Positions 25,804 through 37,705 of a DNA stretch of 64,000 bases are shown here, in pieces. The stretch is from Macrostomum hystrix. Lineage: Eukaryota; Animalia; Platyhelminthes. Made by a program: the position numbers and the translations under genes. The notes under the pieces were generated by a model. It saw only the letters and a program-made list of their open reading frames with translations. It had not been told where the DNA came from and searched no databases. The stretch lies in assembly GCA_950097015.1 (NCBI GenBank), contig CATNEN010000031.1, positions 2,976,001 to 3,040,000 on the forward strand, written 5' to 3'. How positions within the stretch are numbered: the stretch's first letter is position 1; every line of letters starts with the position of its first letter.

Positions 25804-28088
25804 TCAAGAGCCATAGAAGAATAAGGCCACTGGATAGCGCACAGCGAAAGCTAGCAGAGTGCAGGCCAGCTGCAACAGCAGCAGCAGCCTAGTCAGCTTG
25901 GCCTCGTGCATTGGGCCAAAGATAACCAGAGCCGCATTGATGAGGGTTAGGTTAGTGAGGCTGGCCCATTCCTCGCCGTCGCGAGCCTCAACAGTGCAAG
26001 CGACGATGCGCAGCGGGGCGAGAATCCGGCTAGCAACCAGGTAGCAGAGGCGGCCGAGCAGGCTGAGCCGGGCCGGACAGAACTCCACAGTGCTGGGCTG
26101 CAGGCGATCGCTAGCGGAGTCGTATCTGGAACCAGGCAAAATTAATGGACTATTGAGCCTTATCTCCTAACTGAGAGAACTAGGGAATTCCCATTTTCGT
26201 CCATGGACTAAAGACTGGTACACAGCCCTTAAATGCGCCGTTGAATAGCTGCGGCGACTGTGACACTGGCTGTACAACAGGGTTTAATAATAATGACTAC
26301 TTTTATTATTGCTATTACAACAGGAGGGCTGCGGGCAATGGCACATCACTTGGTGACATTAGACACGCAGCCAGCGAGGAGGCAATTCTGCCCCATTTCA
26401 CTGACTCGCACACACACGCACACAGGTACTGTACGCAGACACAAACTCACACAGGTGTGTACATCTGCCCTGACTTTCTAGTCGTCAGGCAGGTACATAC
26501 ACTCTTACTGTGCATTGGAGGTTGGCCCTCAAGGGCGTAAATTACACGACAAGCTCTCAAGCCTTCTCTACGCGGCTGCGCCCCAAATTAATGTGGCCTC
26601 GCCGCGGAATCGAACTCAGGGACCTTGGTGCGAGTGGCAAACCCGTTAGACCGCTCTGACAATCCCCCCTGTAAAACTGAGTTAAGTCTACTTGCTATTC
26701 AATCAAATTTCTATTATTGGACTAGCAATGCTAAGCGCTGCCGAACTAGGATATATTTCTTATTTGATTTCACCTGGCTCCGGTAAGAAGAAAAATCAAA
26801 TCGAGAGCAAGTCTAGATGGAAAATACATCCAATCCGAAGAAGCCATTGCATTGGAGGGGCCGTTACAAAGGACTTAATTATGACAGCGCTGAAAATAAA
26901 ATCTGATTCACACCTGCACGTTCTCAAAATTTCGCAAGCCCTGCGAATTTCACAAAGTCAAAAAAGCACTACAGAGATCCCTTAGAGTTGAAGCACTGAA
27001 AGAAAATTCTTAGGTAAATTTTGGGTCTTTGAAAACGCGCTACGCGCCACTAAACAGACCTGGGCAGTCGGTGTCTCGGGCAGGGCAGCACCCTGAACAG
27101 CTGCGGCATTGACAGGGCAAAGTTGGCAACCTGGGGCAGCTGGAACAGCAACAGAGTCTTGCTGTAGTGGCCCAAAATGCCGGCCACAGCGAAGAGCATG
27201 CCGGAGAAGTAGCAGAATGTGTCGCCGACGAACACCTGGGCCGGATAGCGATTGAAGCGATACAGAGCGGCACAGACGCCAGCGTAGGGCAGCAGCAGGT
27301 GCAACGACAGCCGGTGCCAGTGGCCGAACTCGCCGCCAGCCTCGACAGTGTTGAATGCGATCAGCGAGCCGGCTATTAGCAGGCTCTGGCCAGACTCCAG
27401 ACCGTTGACGCCGGCGTAGATGTTGATAGCGTTGGTGCAGAACACGGCCAGCATGCCCATGTATGCATAGTACACCGGGCCTAGTTCGCAGCTCTCGATG
27501 CCCAGTAGAGGCCTCAGTGGCAGTGGCACAACTACGCGAGTCCAGCCGCGATTCACGTAGTAGACCATGAGCAGGGGCAGTGAGGCCACACAGGGCAGAA
27601 CCAGTTTAACTAGCCAGCGCAGATTCAAAGCATCATCGGCGAAGCCTAGGAACAGCATGCAGCAGACGCACAGCAGGGCGGTGATAAATAGTACAAAATC
27701 GGCGTGCGGAAATTCCACCGGATTAGAAATCATAGCCTCGGCGAATGGCAGAGGAATGAATGCGAACAATAAGCAGAGATACACAGCTCCAGCTAGCACT
27801 CCCTGCGCCTCTGGAATCACCCGGCCATCCCGCTTGGCCATGTCCCTGCCAGACAGGCGGGCATCAAGGAACAGCTGGCGACAGCGGGGCATCAGCCAGG
27901 TCAGGCAGGCAAAGCCAGCAACGCACAGGCCGGCAGAGACGCCGACTAGCCAATTGGGATAGGCCTGCGCCGATTGGCACAATGGGGAGAGTGCAAAGGT
28001 TTAATGGTGAATTTTACTATAGAAAACCTTCTAGACAAAAAGAATGATTATTTTTTGTTAGCAGGACTTCTTATAAAGCTACCATCAT
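25804..28088 (-). CDS. DPAGT1: UDP-GlcNAc:dolichyl-phosphate GlcNAc-1-phosphotransferase, about 410 aa
   Basis: Exons 27964-27060 and 26125-25804 (phase-consistent). Motifs IPEAQGV, LGFADDALNLRW, FCTNAINIYAGVNGLE, VFVGDTFCYF and PCPRHRLPR. The start is inferred as an ATGATG micro-exon at 28088-28083 (less certain). Confidence 0.95.
26195..26296 (+). mobile_element. SINE family A 3' fragment in the DPAGT1 intron
   Basis: GTCCATGGACT..ATGCGCC..AATAGCTGCGG matches the 3' part of the 25384 copy. Confidence 0.6.
26300..26668 (-). mobile_element. tRNA-derived SINE, family B
   Basis: Head GTCAGAGCGGTCTAACG..GAGTTCGATTCC; body shared with copies at 40226, 46890 and 53295. Confidence 0.85.
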
Positions 28089-30621
28089 GTAACATGTGTA
28101 ATAATAATGTAATATGTCATAGATGACATATTGTTATAGACTTATTTACATGAAGTCTTTACAAATAGCATGAGACTTAACATTTCTAATCACTATACTT
28201 CACAGTTCTACATGGTTAAAGTAATTAAAGCAACATAAGTAATATCTTTATTAAAGATCAGTATAAAGCTAACTTAATAGCTAAATATTTAAATACAAAA
28301 CGTCAAGAAGAATTTGTCTTAAAATGCTTGTTTGCACTTAAGAAAAAGTTAGACTAAAGAAAGTTAAATATTAAAGACAAAGTATTATTTTTTAAATAGA
28401 CAGCCAAGCAATTCCTAGCTAATTAATTAAAATTCAAAAAATTCAAGATTATCTTAATTCTTACCCTGTGAACTTTTCTATTCAATTAAATTTTTCGCTA
28501 GGCCCACACTCCTAGGCCCCTACCTTTGTCCTATTACATCAAGAAAGAGAATGAGTTTAAAAAACTTAATTGGATCTAGTAGTATTTAGTACTTATTAAA
28601 TTATGTATAGCTTGTAAATTTAATACATTTTATGAAATACGTATTTTCATTTTAAACAGAAAAATACCATTAAAGTGTTTTGATCATTTAATATTATACA
28701 AAGGGATTAGGTCCTAATTCTAATTTTATATTGTAATAGCAATACAATAGAATGGCAAAATTGTAAACAAACAAAAGCAAGTTTATTAAAGTAGTAAAAC
28801 AGGTCATAGTGCTTGAGAAACATTATTACACAGCACAGTAATTGGTCAGCCAGTACATAAAGTTGCCCAAACTCATCTCTGGGTAGAGTTGGTACCAGAG
28901 GTACTTGCTGAGGTGGGAGTCAAAAGTAGTCACTAGTGCCATGCTGACTATAGAACTTTGCCTACACATGTGCCTAGGTGCCTTAAATGGTATTCATGTG
29001 CATGGTTAGGTCATTTGGACCAACAAAGTGTAGACTGATTGATGAATGTAAACACAGTAAAAATTTTAAATGATTAATTGATAAGAAGTTTCTAGACCTG
29101 CATGGCAACTTTAATGACATAAGTAGCTATATAATGATTTAATGGCATAAGTATGGTTTCGTTTGTTAAACTCAAATTCTCGTGAAAATCGATAACTGGC
29201 GTAACAAGGATAACGGGTAACATTTAGAAATGTCAGAATAATGTCCTTTGGGTAGAAGCTACAGCGGGTACTGCTCCATGATACAGCGCAGGAAGTGCGC
29301 CTCGAAGCCCACCTCGTTGGCTGGGATGAGGACAATTGGTGCTGATGGGCATCCGCCAGCCATATTGATAAGTATCTGATTTGAATTTGAAATCGTGCTC
29401 CTCACCAGCGCAACTGCCACGTCAGCGCCACCGACCATGGGGTATATTTTGGCCAGAGACACTGCCACATCAAGTACTTAAATTTCTAATTGTGTATCAT
29501 TACGGTCTTAGATTTCGATTTTCGCCCAAATTTGAGTTTAACGAAAGAAACCATACTTATGCCAATTTAATTATAAGATTAGCCCTCTATACATTATAAG
29601 TTATAATACTATAATATAGCCATAGCTATATTATTATGGCTATATGAGACTATTCGAATGCAATGAAAACAAAGAAAAACGGATCAAAATATTTTAACAT
29701 GGGAAACTAGGACATTGCCAATAGAACATTACAGCAGGAAAATTGCATGGTTTACATAAACTGGCTACAGCAGTTTTTTATAATGAAAATTTAAAATATA
29801 TAAAATATTGTATTGAAAAATATTCAACTAATGCTGATGCCTCAGCCCTCGGCCTTTGCTGTAAGCACGATGGCAAGGCCAATATTCCAAAATTTCCAAT
29901 AGGCAATTAATACTGGTATTGTATAGCATTAGGCTTACTGCTTAGCACAGAAAATCATAATTCTACGCTAAAATAAATATCTAAAAAGTCTACAAAAGAT
30001 TCATTTGATAATAAACACTGTAAACGGACGAAAATGTGCTCTTATTTCAGATATATTAAGTCTGAAATAAAGATGATAAGAACGGCGGGACGGTTAACAC
30101 GATAAAATATCATGACGCTTAGACTGTCATATCCGCGCCTTAACACATTTAATTCAGTAAAACAACTTTTACATCGATTATGTTGTCAGACCTACTCAGG
30201 TAAGAAAAAATAAAAATAAAAAAAGAGAAGACATTACTTAGTCAACCAGTTTTTTATTATACCGCAAACTGTAATCAAACTCTAAGCATTGTCTTCGCAT
30301 TATATCTATTTACATGTAGTGAACATCACCACCAATCGCACTTTCCCAACTTGTAGCAGGAGCATCACCACTAGTTAGGTCGAAGTGCAGTCCGGAAAAA
30401 TTGCCAACGAGGAGCGAAGCGAGCGAAGCGAGCGTAGCTCCTCGTTGGCAATTTTTTCGGACAAACGAGACCGATATAAGATTGCCCGGAGACTCCCCCA
30501 ACGTAAAATCAACGTTTTAGAAACTAAAATTGATGCAGAATTAAAACCACTTGAGATGAAACCATGTGTGACCCCTCTATGGACGTAAAACATTTAGGGC
30601 TACAAGATGAGCGACGTGAAA

Positions 30622-30656
30622 GTTACATAGCAACGCGTCTTGGTTGCCATGGCAAC
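30622..30656. promoter_or_regulatory. Tandem RFX X-box motifs (GTTACATAGCAAC and perfect palindrome GTTGCCATGGCAAC)
   Basis: Exact match to the canonical X-box consensus at 30643-30656 and a 13-nt variant at 30622-30634; function unproven, and they may be TE-borne. Confidence 0.45.
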
Positions 30657-31487
30657 AAAAAAGTGACTTTTTTTAGACCCGTCGAAATCTTGAATCTCAA
30701 AAAATAAGGATTCACAATATGGAGTCAAAAATTGATTGAACCCAACTTTTAGCGAATTTTCAGACCTTCAAGACACTGATTGATTATTTTCCGCTAAATG
30801 CTTACCTTGATAGGTAATTCTGTAAAAGTGTGTTTTTTAAGTGTCAAAAAATGCGCATTTTTTTTAAACTTTCAACTGACGCAGCTCAAAGGTCGCGCGT
30901 CAGCGCGACCTTTGAGCTGCGTCATTCTAATCGATGGCACCTGGGACTCTTACATGACGCACGACTTTAACCAAGATACTCACTTTAACTGTACATTCGC
31001 ACCTGTTAATTACATTCGAATATTCGACGGGTAGGTATTCGAACCGAAATAAAGGAAATTCAACCTTGTTGCGAGGACTCTAAAAAGTACATGAATGCGG
31101 TCATTTAGGTAAGATCTACATGTTTATAATACATTTTGAGCCGTTTCGTTGCCACTGACTCTGAGCCATACACTGCTAAAGTCGATAAACGTGATTTAGG
31201 CTATTTTTATGCATTTTTCATGATACAAATGTACAAAAAATAAGCAACGACGACATGCTAGGAAAATCAGACTTTTTAGGCAAGGTGCACAACTAAATTC
31301 CGCACAATATGTATATCCTTGAAATTTCGTCTTAGTTTATTGAAGTCGCTGCCGGTACAGAAATGTACTTTAACGACGGTACGGGGGGCTTGCATATCGA
31401 ACATACTTTTTAGCCTGTAACTTTTGAAGCGGATTACCGGAGCGCGACGCACTTGGTGTCATTGAACTACATTTTAGATGTACTTTA

Positions 31488-32530
31488 ATTTGAATGTATG
31501 TTCGCTGTCATTGCACGATGCGTTGTACACCTCAGGTCAGGTCACGTGACTTGCTGGAAATGAAATAATGACTTTGTACCTATACTAAGGATAGGTGAAG
31601 CGTAAGAATGAACCAAAATTTGTACTTATTAGAAACACCTAGATGACTACTGTCAGAAAAAATGATATTCACGTCTGTCAGTTGCAAAATTTTGTTATAA
31701 TTGACTTTTAAAATCGAAAAACGTGATTTTGTGCAAAAACAACCCATATGAGCACACATAGGGTGAAAAATTTATTGATTTTCGCTATGAGGTTCTTAGC
31801 TTCCAAGAGCACTATTGTGCCCAGTAAACACGTACAGATGACTGCTATCTTCGTTAGTGTGCGAAAATTCGTATTTTTACGCTAATAACATTTACGGAAT
31901 TACGAGGTTCCGGTGTTATGCGTTTTTTTGCTATATTTCACGCTGCCATTTATTAACGATGCTACGCCAGGCCTTCAGTGTGGTGTCAATAATTAGCATT
32001 TAAAAATTGCTTTAATTTGAGTGCATGTTCGCTGGCATTGCACGATGCGTTGTACACCTCAGGCCAGGTCACGTGACTTGCTGGAAATGAAATAATGACT
32101 TTGTACCTATACTAAGGATAGGTGAAGCATAAGAATGACCCATATTAGTACTTATTAGAAACATCTAGATGACTACTCTCAGAAAAAGTGACATTCACGT
32201 CTGTCAGTTGCAAAAAAATTTTATAATTGACTCTCAAAATCGAAAAACGTGATTTTGTACAAAAACAACCCATTTGAGCACTACATAGGGCGGAAAATAT
32301 ATTTATTTTCGCTATGAGGTTCTTAGCTTCCAAGAGCACTATTGTGCCCAGTAAACACGTACAGATGACTGCCATCTTCGTTAGTGTGCGAAAATTCGTA
32401 TTTTTACGCTAATAACATTTTACCGAATTACGAGGTTCCGGTACTATGCGTTTTTTTGCTATATTTCACGCTGCCATTTATTAACGATGCTACGCCAGGC
32501 CTTCAGTGTGGTGTCAATAAATAGCATTTA
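31488..32530. repeat. Tandem duplication with a period of about 527 bp (probably the interior of a non-autonomous DNA transposon)
   Basis: 31488-32014 closely repeated at 32015-32530. Confidence 0.85.
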
Positions 32531-33466
32531 GCAAGTGCTTTAAGATGACATTATGCACATTGCGTTGCGTAAAAGTGTAGGTCCACAGTTTCGTAATAAG
32601 TTAAAAAGACCTGATTTCGCAAAAATCTTTAAAAGAAGAAAATACCAAATAGGTAACTAAAAAGCCTTTTGAAACTGAATAAAAAATGCACATAAAAGTG
32701 CTATTTTGTAACGTAAAAAGTCTTGCGTCCTGCAAAAATCTTCTATGGTGACTTTTTGGAGCCGTGAAGTGAAAAAACGTGCGCATTTTTAAAGCTCTTG
32801 AACTTACTTTTTGAGTGGATATTTTGAAAATAAGCATTTTAAAAATTGTATAACAAAATTTAATTGAAGAAAGAAATAAGTTGCTTCGAAACCTGAATTA
32901 AAATAATTTTGAAATAATCAAATTGTACATTTCAGTCGTTCTGTTTCATATGGTTTATACAAGAAAATAAAATTTAAATCGACTATGTTAACAGTAGCAT
33001 TCGAAATGTTTGTCGTACGGCAAATTTGACATAAAAATTTCAAAGCAAGTTAACCAAGCAATCACTATCTAAATATGAATTTTTTTCAAGCCTTTAAACT
33101 GTAGCTATTATATTCGCTTTTTACTCTATATATTAGTATCCTACTACCTTATAAATACTTGTTTTACAATATATTGTATTCTACAAGTACAAGTTTTACT
33201 TGTAAATAATTCAATTGTTACATAGGCCTATTTTACATTGTAAGTGTAAGCTTATAGTTTTCTTTTAAATACTAACTGATATATAGTTTTTGAGTAATAT
33301 TTTATTATTCAAACATTCTTTACTTTTATAAGGCGTAGATAATTAAGCAGTAAGTGTTTATGTATTAAACGAGATTCTTAACAGTTTAATGCAATAATGC
33401 AGTTTTAAGATTGATAGTTGCTGAATTTTTACCAAACCAAAGCTCTTGAAATGCACCATTTGCATT

Positions 33467-33983
33467 TTTGCAATTAATTGCCTTTTGGCAATTTATAGTG
33501 CAATTTGGGCTGCAATGGCTGCAGAATTATTATAAGCAAACAGCAGCAACAACAAAGTACGCTGTCAGGTGGAAAAGGCAGTGTCACAGTGCACGCTTCA
33601 GAGCCTGGGCGCAAACAAAGGCCACACCGCTGGCAGTGTCCGGGGCGCCAGCATCGGCCAGCAGGCAGTCGACGAAATGCCGAGTTCGGGCCTGGCCGCA
33701 CCGGTAGGGTGCCTGCAGCATTAGCAGCAGCACCTCCTGCACCGGCTGCAGGCAGTAGGACTCGGTGCAGGTGATGTGGCCTGCAAGCTGGAGTCGCCGA
33801 AGTCGCAGCAGTTCACTCGGATGGGCCAGGCCGGCGCGACGATAGAGTGCCGCGTTAGTGATCCACTCGTTGCTGATCTTAAAGGCGGCACGCAGCAGGC
33901 CAGCGTGCGCCGCATTGACTATAAGCAAAGCACTTACAAAACAAACCATTTGACTGTTTGGCAATTAACTGCCTTTAGGCAAT
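33467..33983 (-). mobile_element. 5'-truncated RTE-like LINE 3' fragment with about 26-bp flanking direct repeats
   Basis: ORF 33584-33964 contains ITNAALYRRAGL..LRLRRLQLAGH, typical of the region C-terminal to RTE-clade reverse transcriptase; short TAA tail; flanking direct repeats at 33467-33492 and 33957-33983. Confidence 0.75.
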
Positions 33984-35799
33984 AACTACTATGAGATTAG
34001 TTAAATGCTCAATGCTTTTTGTTTTAGGCCTGGCAGTACTTTTCTCTCAACATTGATTTGGATATTGATTGATTGATTTGATTTGTTTTGCATTTTTAAA
34101 GATACTATGTCTAATTATGGACTTAGCTAAATAATTAGCCTAGGCCTACCTAATGTTGGGTAACTTGTATTGAATGGCAAAGCATTTCACTGCAAAGGCA
34201 TATCTTGTGGTTTCACGTACCTGTGGGTGTTAAAATATACATTTAAAATATAAAGACACAGTGAACAGAATCCGAGGGTAAAAAAGTTTTTGAAACCTAA
34301 TTATGTTGTTAATTATAAGACTATTTTTTACAGAAATTTTCAATTTATTAAGGTAGCATGTTCACTTTCAACTTTGTAAATTTATAACCATTGCTAGCTA
34401 TTCTACTTAGCCCATTTGTAGAAGAACTAGTAAACAAGATTTAGTTTTTTTATCTAATTTTAAATATATTTATTACTTGGTATTTTTCTACCAATAGCAT
34501 AAATTGTATTGTTCAGATTTTCATCTTAAGAATTCCTAATCCAAATATACAGAATGTCCAAGATTTTCTATTATGAGTATTATTTATTGGACCTTAGTAT
34601 ATGATGTTAATTCATGTGGCTCACTTTGATTTTTAAGTCTATTTAATAAAACTTTGTGATAAAAAATTTATGAATGGTAAATTATAATTAATTAGGCCTA
34701 GTCACACAGGACATCTGTAACTAAAAAAACCTAGCATCTAAGTAGTTTACAATATTTTAGCATTTTTAGGGTTTTATGTGTTGCAAAACTGTTTGCTTTC
34801 TACAGTATTTGGCTTAGGGCTGCTTCCATAATTGGAAACAATAAGCTTCTAGATATGTACATTAGAGACATATCTAGTATGTCTCTAATGTCTCTAGCTG
34901 TAACAAAAGAAAGAGCTTGTTACAGCTGGTGGTGTGTCTATGACGGATTTCACGATCTACTTCAAATTAAAAATAAGACTTCCCAACTTCAGCAATCCTG
35001 CCAAAACAAAGAAAATGAATGCAACTCACAAAGATCTGCGATCTGTGATTTGATCTGCAAATTCCAAGATCGAACAACAGGTATCTACTTGAGTTAGAAT
35101 TGAGTGATTTTAGAGACTTGTCAACATATATATTTGCTTCTTGGAGTCAATCGATACAAAATACAACATAAAGTTATTGTCAAAATAATGAATATAAAAT
35201 ACGAAAATAAATCGACAAGGTAAAAACAAGCACTATTTTTAATCTGCACAAGGCATGCTGTCCACAAAGAATGACTATTATGAAATTTAAAAGTACACAA
35301 AAAAACCTTAAACATAAAGATTTGTCCAATTTACAACTGCAATAAGGCGGAAAGCCTTTTTGTTTACGAGTTGGAGTGGCAGCAAAGTTTGTGTGCTGCA
35401 TTGCACGTATATTTATATACAACACGAGAGCGAGATAGAGGGGTCTAGGGAGGTGCGAACTGGTGGCGTGACTTCATACCCCGACTTAGCAAGCCGGCTG
35501 GCTGGGTGCACCAACCCCTAGACTAAGGTTGAGGGGTTTTGGGTGCGGCTGCACTGGCACTGGCTGATCGCGTGTTGACTCTCCGCCACAGCAAAGTATT
35601 ATTCTTTTAGTTTCGATGACAAAAAGAAATTCTCGTGGTGGAGAGTTCCAAGGCAAGGATGAAATGCAAAGATACATTTCTACACATTGCCATCATTTCG
35701 AAGAAATAAGCATATTGGCAGGAGTAAGTCATGAAATAAAATCTTATTGTTGACACTTGGAAGCAATAACCAAAGCACAGGCACAAACTTTGTCACTTC

Positions 35800-36817
35800 T
35801 GAGATGCTAATTAACCCTGAACACAGATTGACATTCAAATAAAAACTGTTGATTTCGTTATTTAATAACAATATTGGCAAATTAAAAGCTGAAAATTGAG
35901 CAAATGTTCTATCGATCAGGCACAAGGTTCGATTAAAATCAATTGATGCAGCCATATAAAATTGAACTAAGAAGACTAAAAAACTAAAAAGACAGGGGGA
36001 AGCTAAAAACATAAAATAAATCATAAAAACAACATTGGACAGCACAAAGGACATAAGATCTAATTGATTTTAGCTGGGGAAGCGATACCAAGCAAGGGGC
36101 ACCTTAATTTTTTGTAAAATGACACACACAGTAGCAACCAACATTAATAGTGCGCTAGGTCCCACACAACTAGTTTCCAAGCAGTCAATTAGACCCTGAC
36201 TGGCCAGCGGCCATGGCTAGACTGGTCCACAATGTGCCTATATTGTTACTGATGGTGACACGCAGGCCGCCAGTGTTGGCCTCGCCGAGGTGCACCAACT
36301 GACAGGGCAACTCCTCGTCGCTTTCCTCATCGACTCTGATAACAGACAGACAGACCCGCTGCCGCTGCTGCTTATAATCAGACTGATAATAGTTGGCATT
36401 CTCATCTCGGCTCTGAGAAGACTGAATAGTAGTGTAGCGCGGTTTAAAGCGACTGTGAAGCTTCTCCTGCTGGAGTGCATGCTGGCCAAAGCTCTGCGAT
36501 CGAAAAGCGCCACCACCTCGACTAGCACCTTGGTTGGCGCCGCCTGTTCTCTGTCGCTGGATAAGCGAGCAGATGTGGCTTGTCTCCTCTGTTTCTCGAC
36601 CAAATGCGACTAACTAGCCATTCACTAGGTGGATGTAGCCTACATTAGGCAAGCTGCGCATTAGTGAAGTCACATTGTCATGTCCAGCCAGATCGAGGGC
36701 GTGCCCGGCCAGGGCCCTGTACTGAGCCTGCAGCTCGCATAGTCAGACACCATTCTTAGTGCTGAGAAGTACAGCCTGAAGCAGGCTGTCTTGAGCAGTG
36801 AGGCTGGGAGTCGACAT
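35800..36817 (-). pseudogene. eLOTUS(-Tudor) TDRD5/TDRD7-like pseudogene with in-frame stops
   Basis: From ATG 36817: LLQAVLLSTKNGV*LCELQAQYRALAG..LMRSLPNV..NG*LVAFGRETEETSHICSLIQRQR, closely like the TDRD7 eLOTUS domain (LRAVLQSHKNGVALPRLQGEYRSLTG..TETARIAQLVARQR). Stops at 36745-36743 (TGA), 36616-36614 (TAG) and 36187-36185 (TGA). Downstream Tudor-like remnants VGCYCVCHF and a frameshifted WYR. Confidence 0.75.
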
Positions 36818-37564
36818 GAATAAACAGCTGAAAATCAATATATAAGGATTAGAGCAAAGAGGCTAGCTAAGGAAACATATATAAATATTTATAGAAATTG
36901 ATTTATTAGGCCTAGTCTAAGTGCTAATTAGACAATAAAAACAATTGAAGTATGCAGCTAAATATTTTGAAAAGCCTACTCCTAACATTTACCAAACTAG
37001 TGTTTAGCATTAAGAAAGTATATTTGCCTGTTTAAATTGCACTTTTTGTTGTTGTGATTTGGAATCACATTAACAACAATTATAACACAGCTGTTTTTAA
37101 TAACAAAATGAATAATAAATAATACACAAATGAAGAAAAATAATTTAAACAATCCATTTTCGATTTAAGACTATAAATGATTATAATGTTAAAGTTAGAA
37201 GCATTATATGTCTATAGGGCCTATGCTTTGTTTTTATAATAATAATATAGACAATATGATATTTAAGCCTAACTATCTTTGTTTGTTCCTTTTTAAACAG
37301 CTATAACAGTGTAATATGACAATATAATATGGTGCCTAGAAAATGTAGTGTCCTAGTTGTGCCACTATCAGTAGGCCTAGGCCTATTTGATATCATTGGA
37401 TGAGATGCCTAAGCAACAAGATAAGCAAAGGCAAATTAGCAGTTTTGTTATTGACAAAGTTAATAGTACTAGGTGTACAGGTGGATAGTAGCATGGCCAA
37501 TATAGCATTGGGGCCTAGTCAGTAAAATTAGTAAAATTTTACACCACTTCACACCTCTTCAGAT

Positions 37565-37705
37565 GCAATGCCAGGCCTACAGAGATCACGTTAGAAAACC
37601 TCTGGACTGATCCTGTTAAGGCCGCCACCTTCCTGAGACTACCGACGAGCGAGGTAGAGTGTGAGCGTCCCGAACTAGCCTAAAGGAAGGCTACAACATA
37701 CAACA
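37565..37705 (+). mobile_element. Short non-LTR retrotransposon 3' end relic
   Basis: Translates LENLWTDPVKAATFLRL (LWxxPxxxAxFL, a common C-terminal LINE motif) followed by an ACAAC-type tail. Confidence 0.4.
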
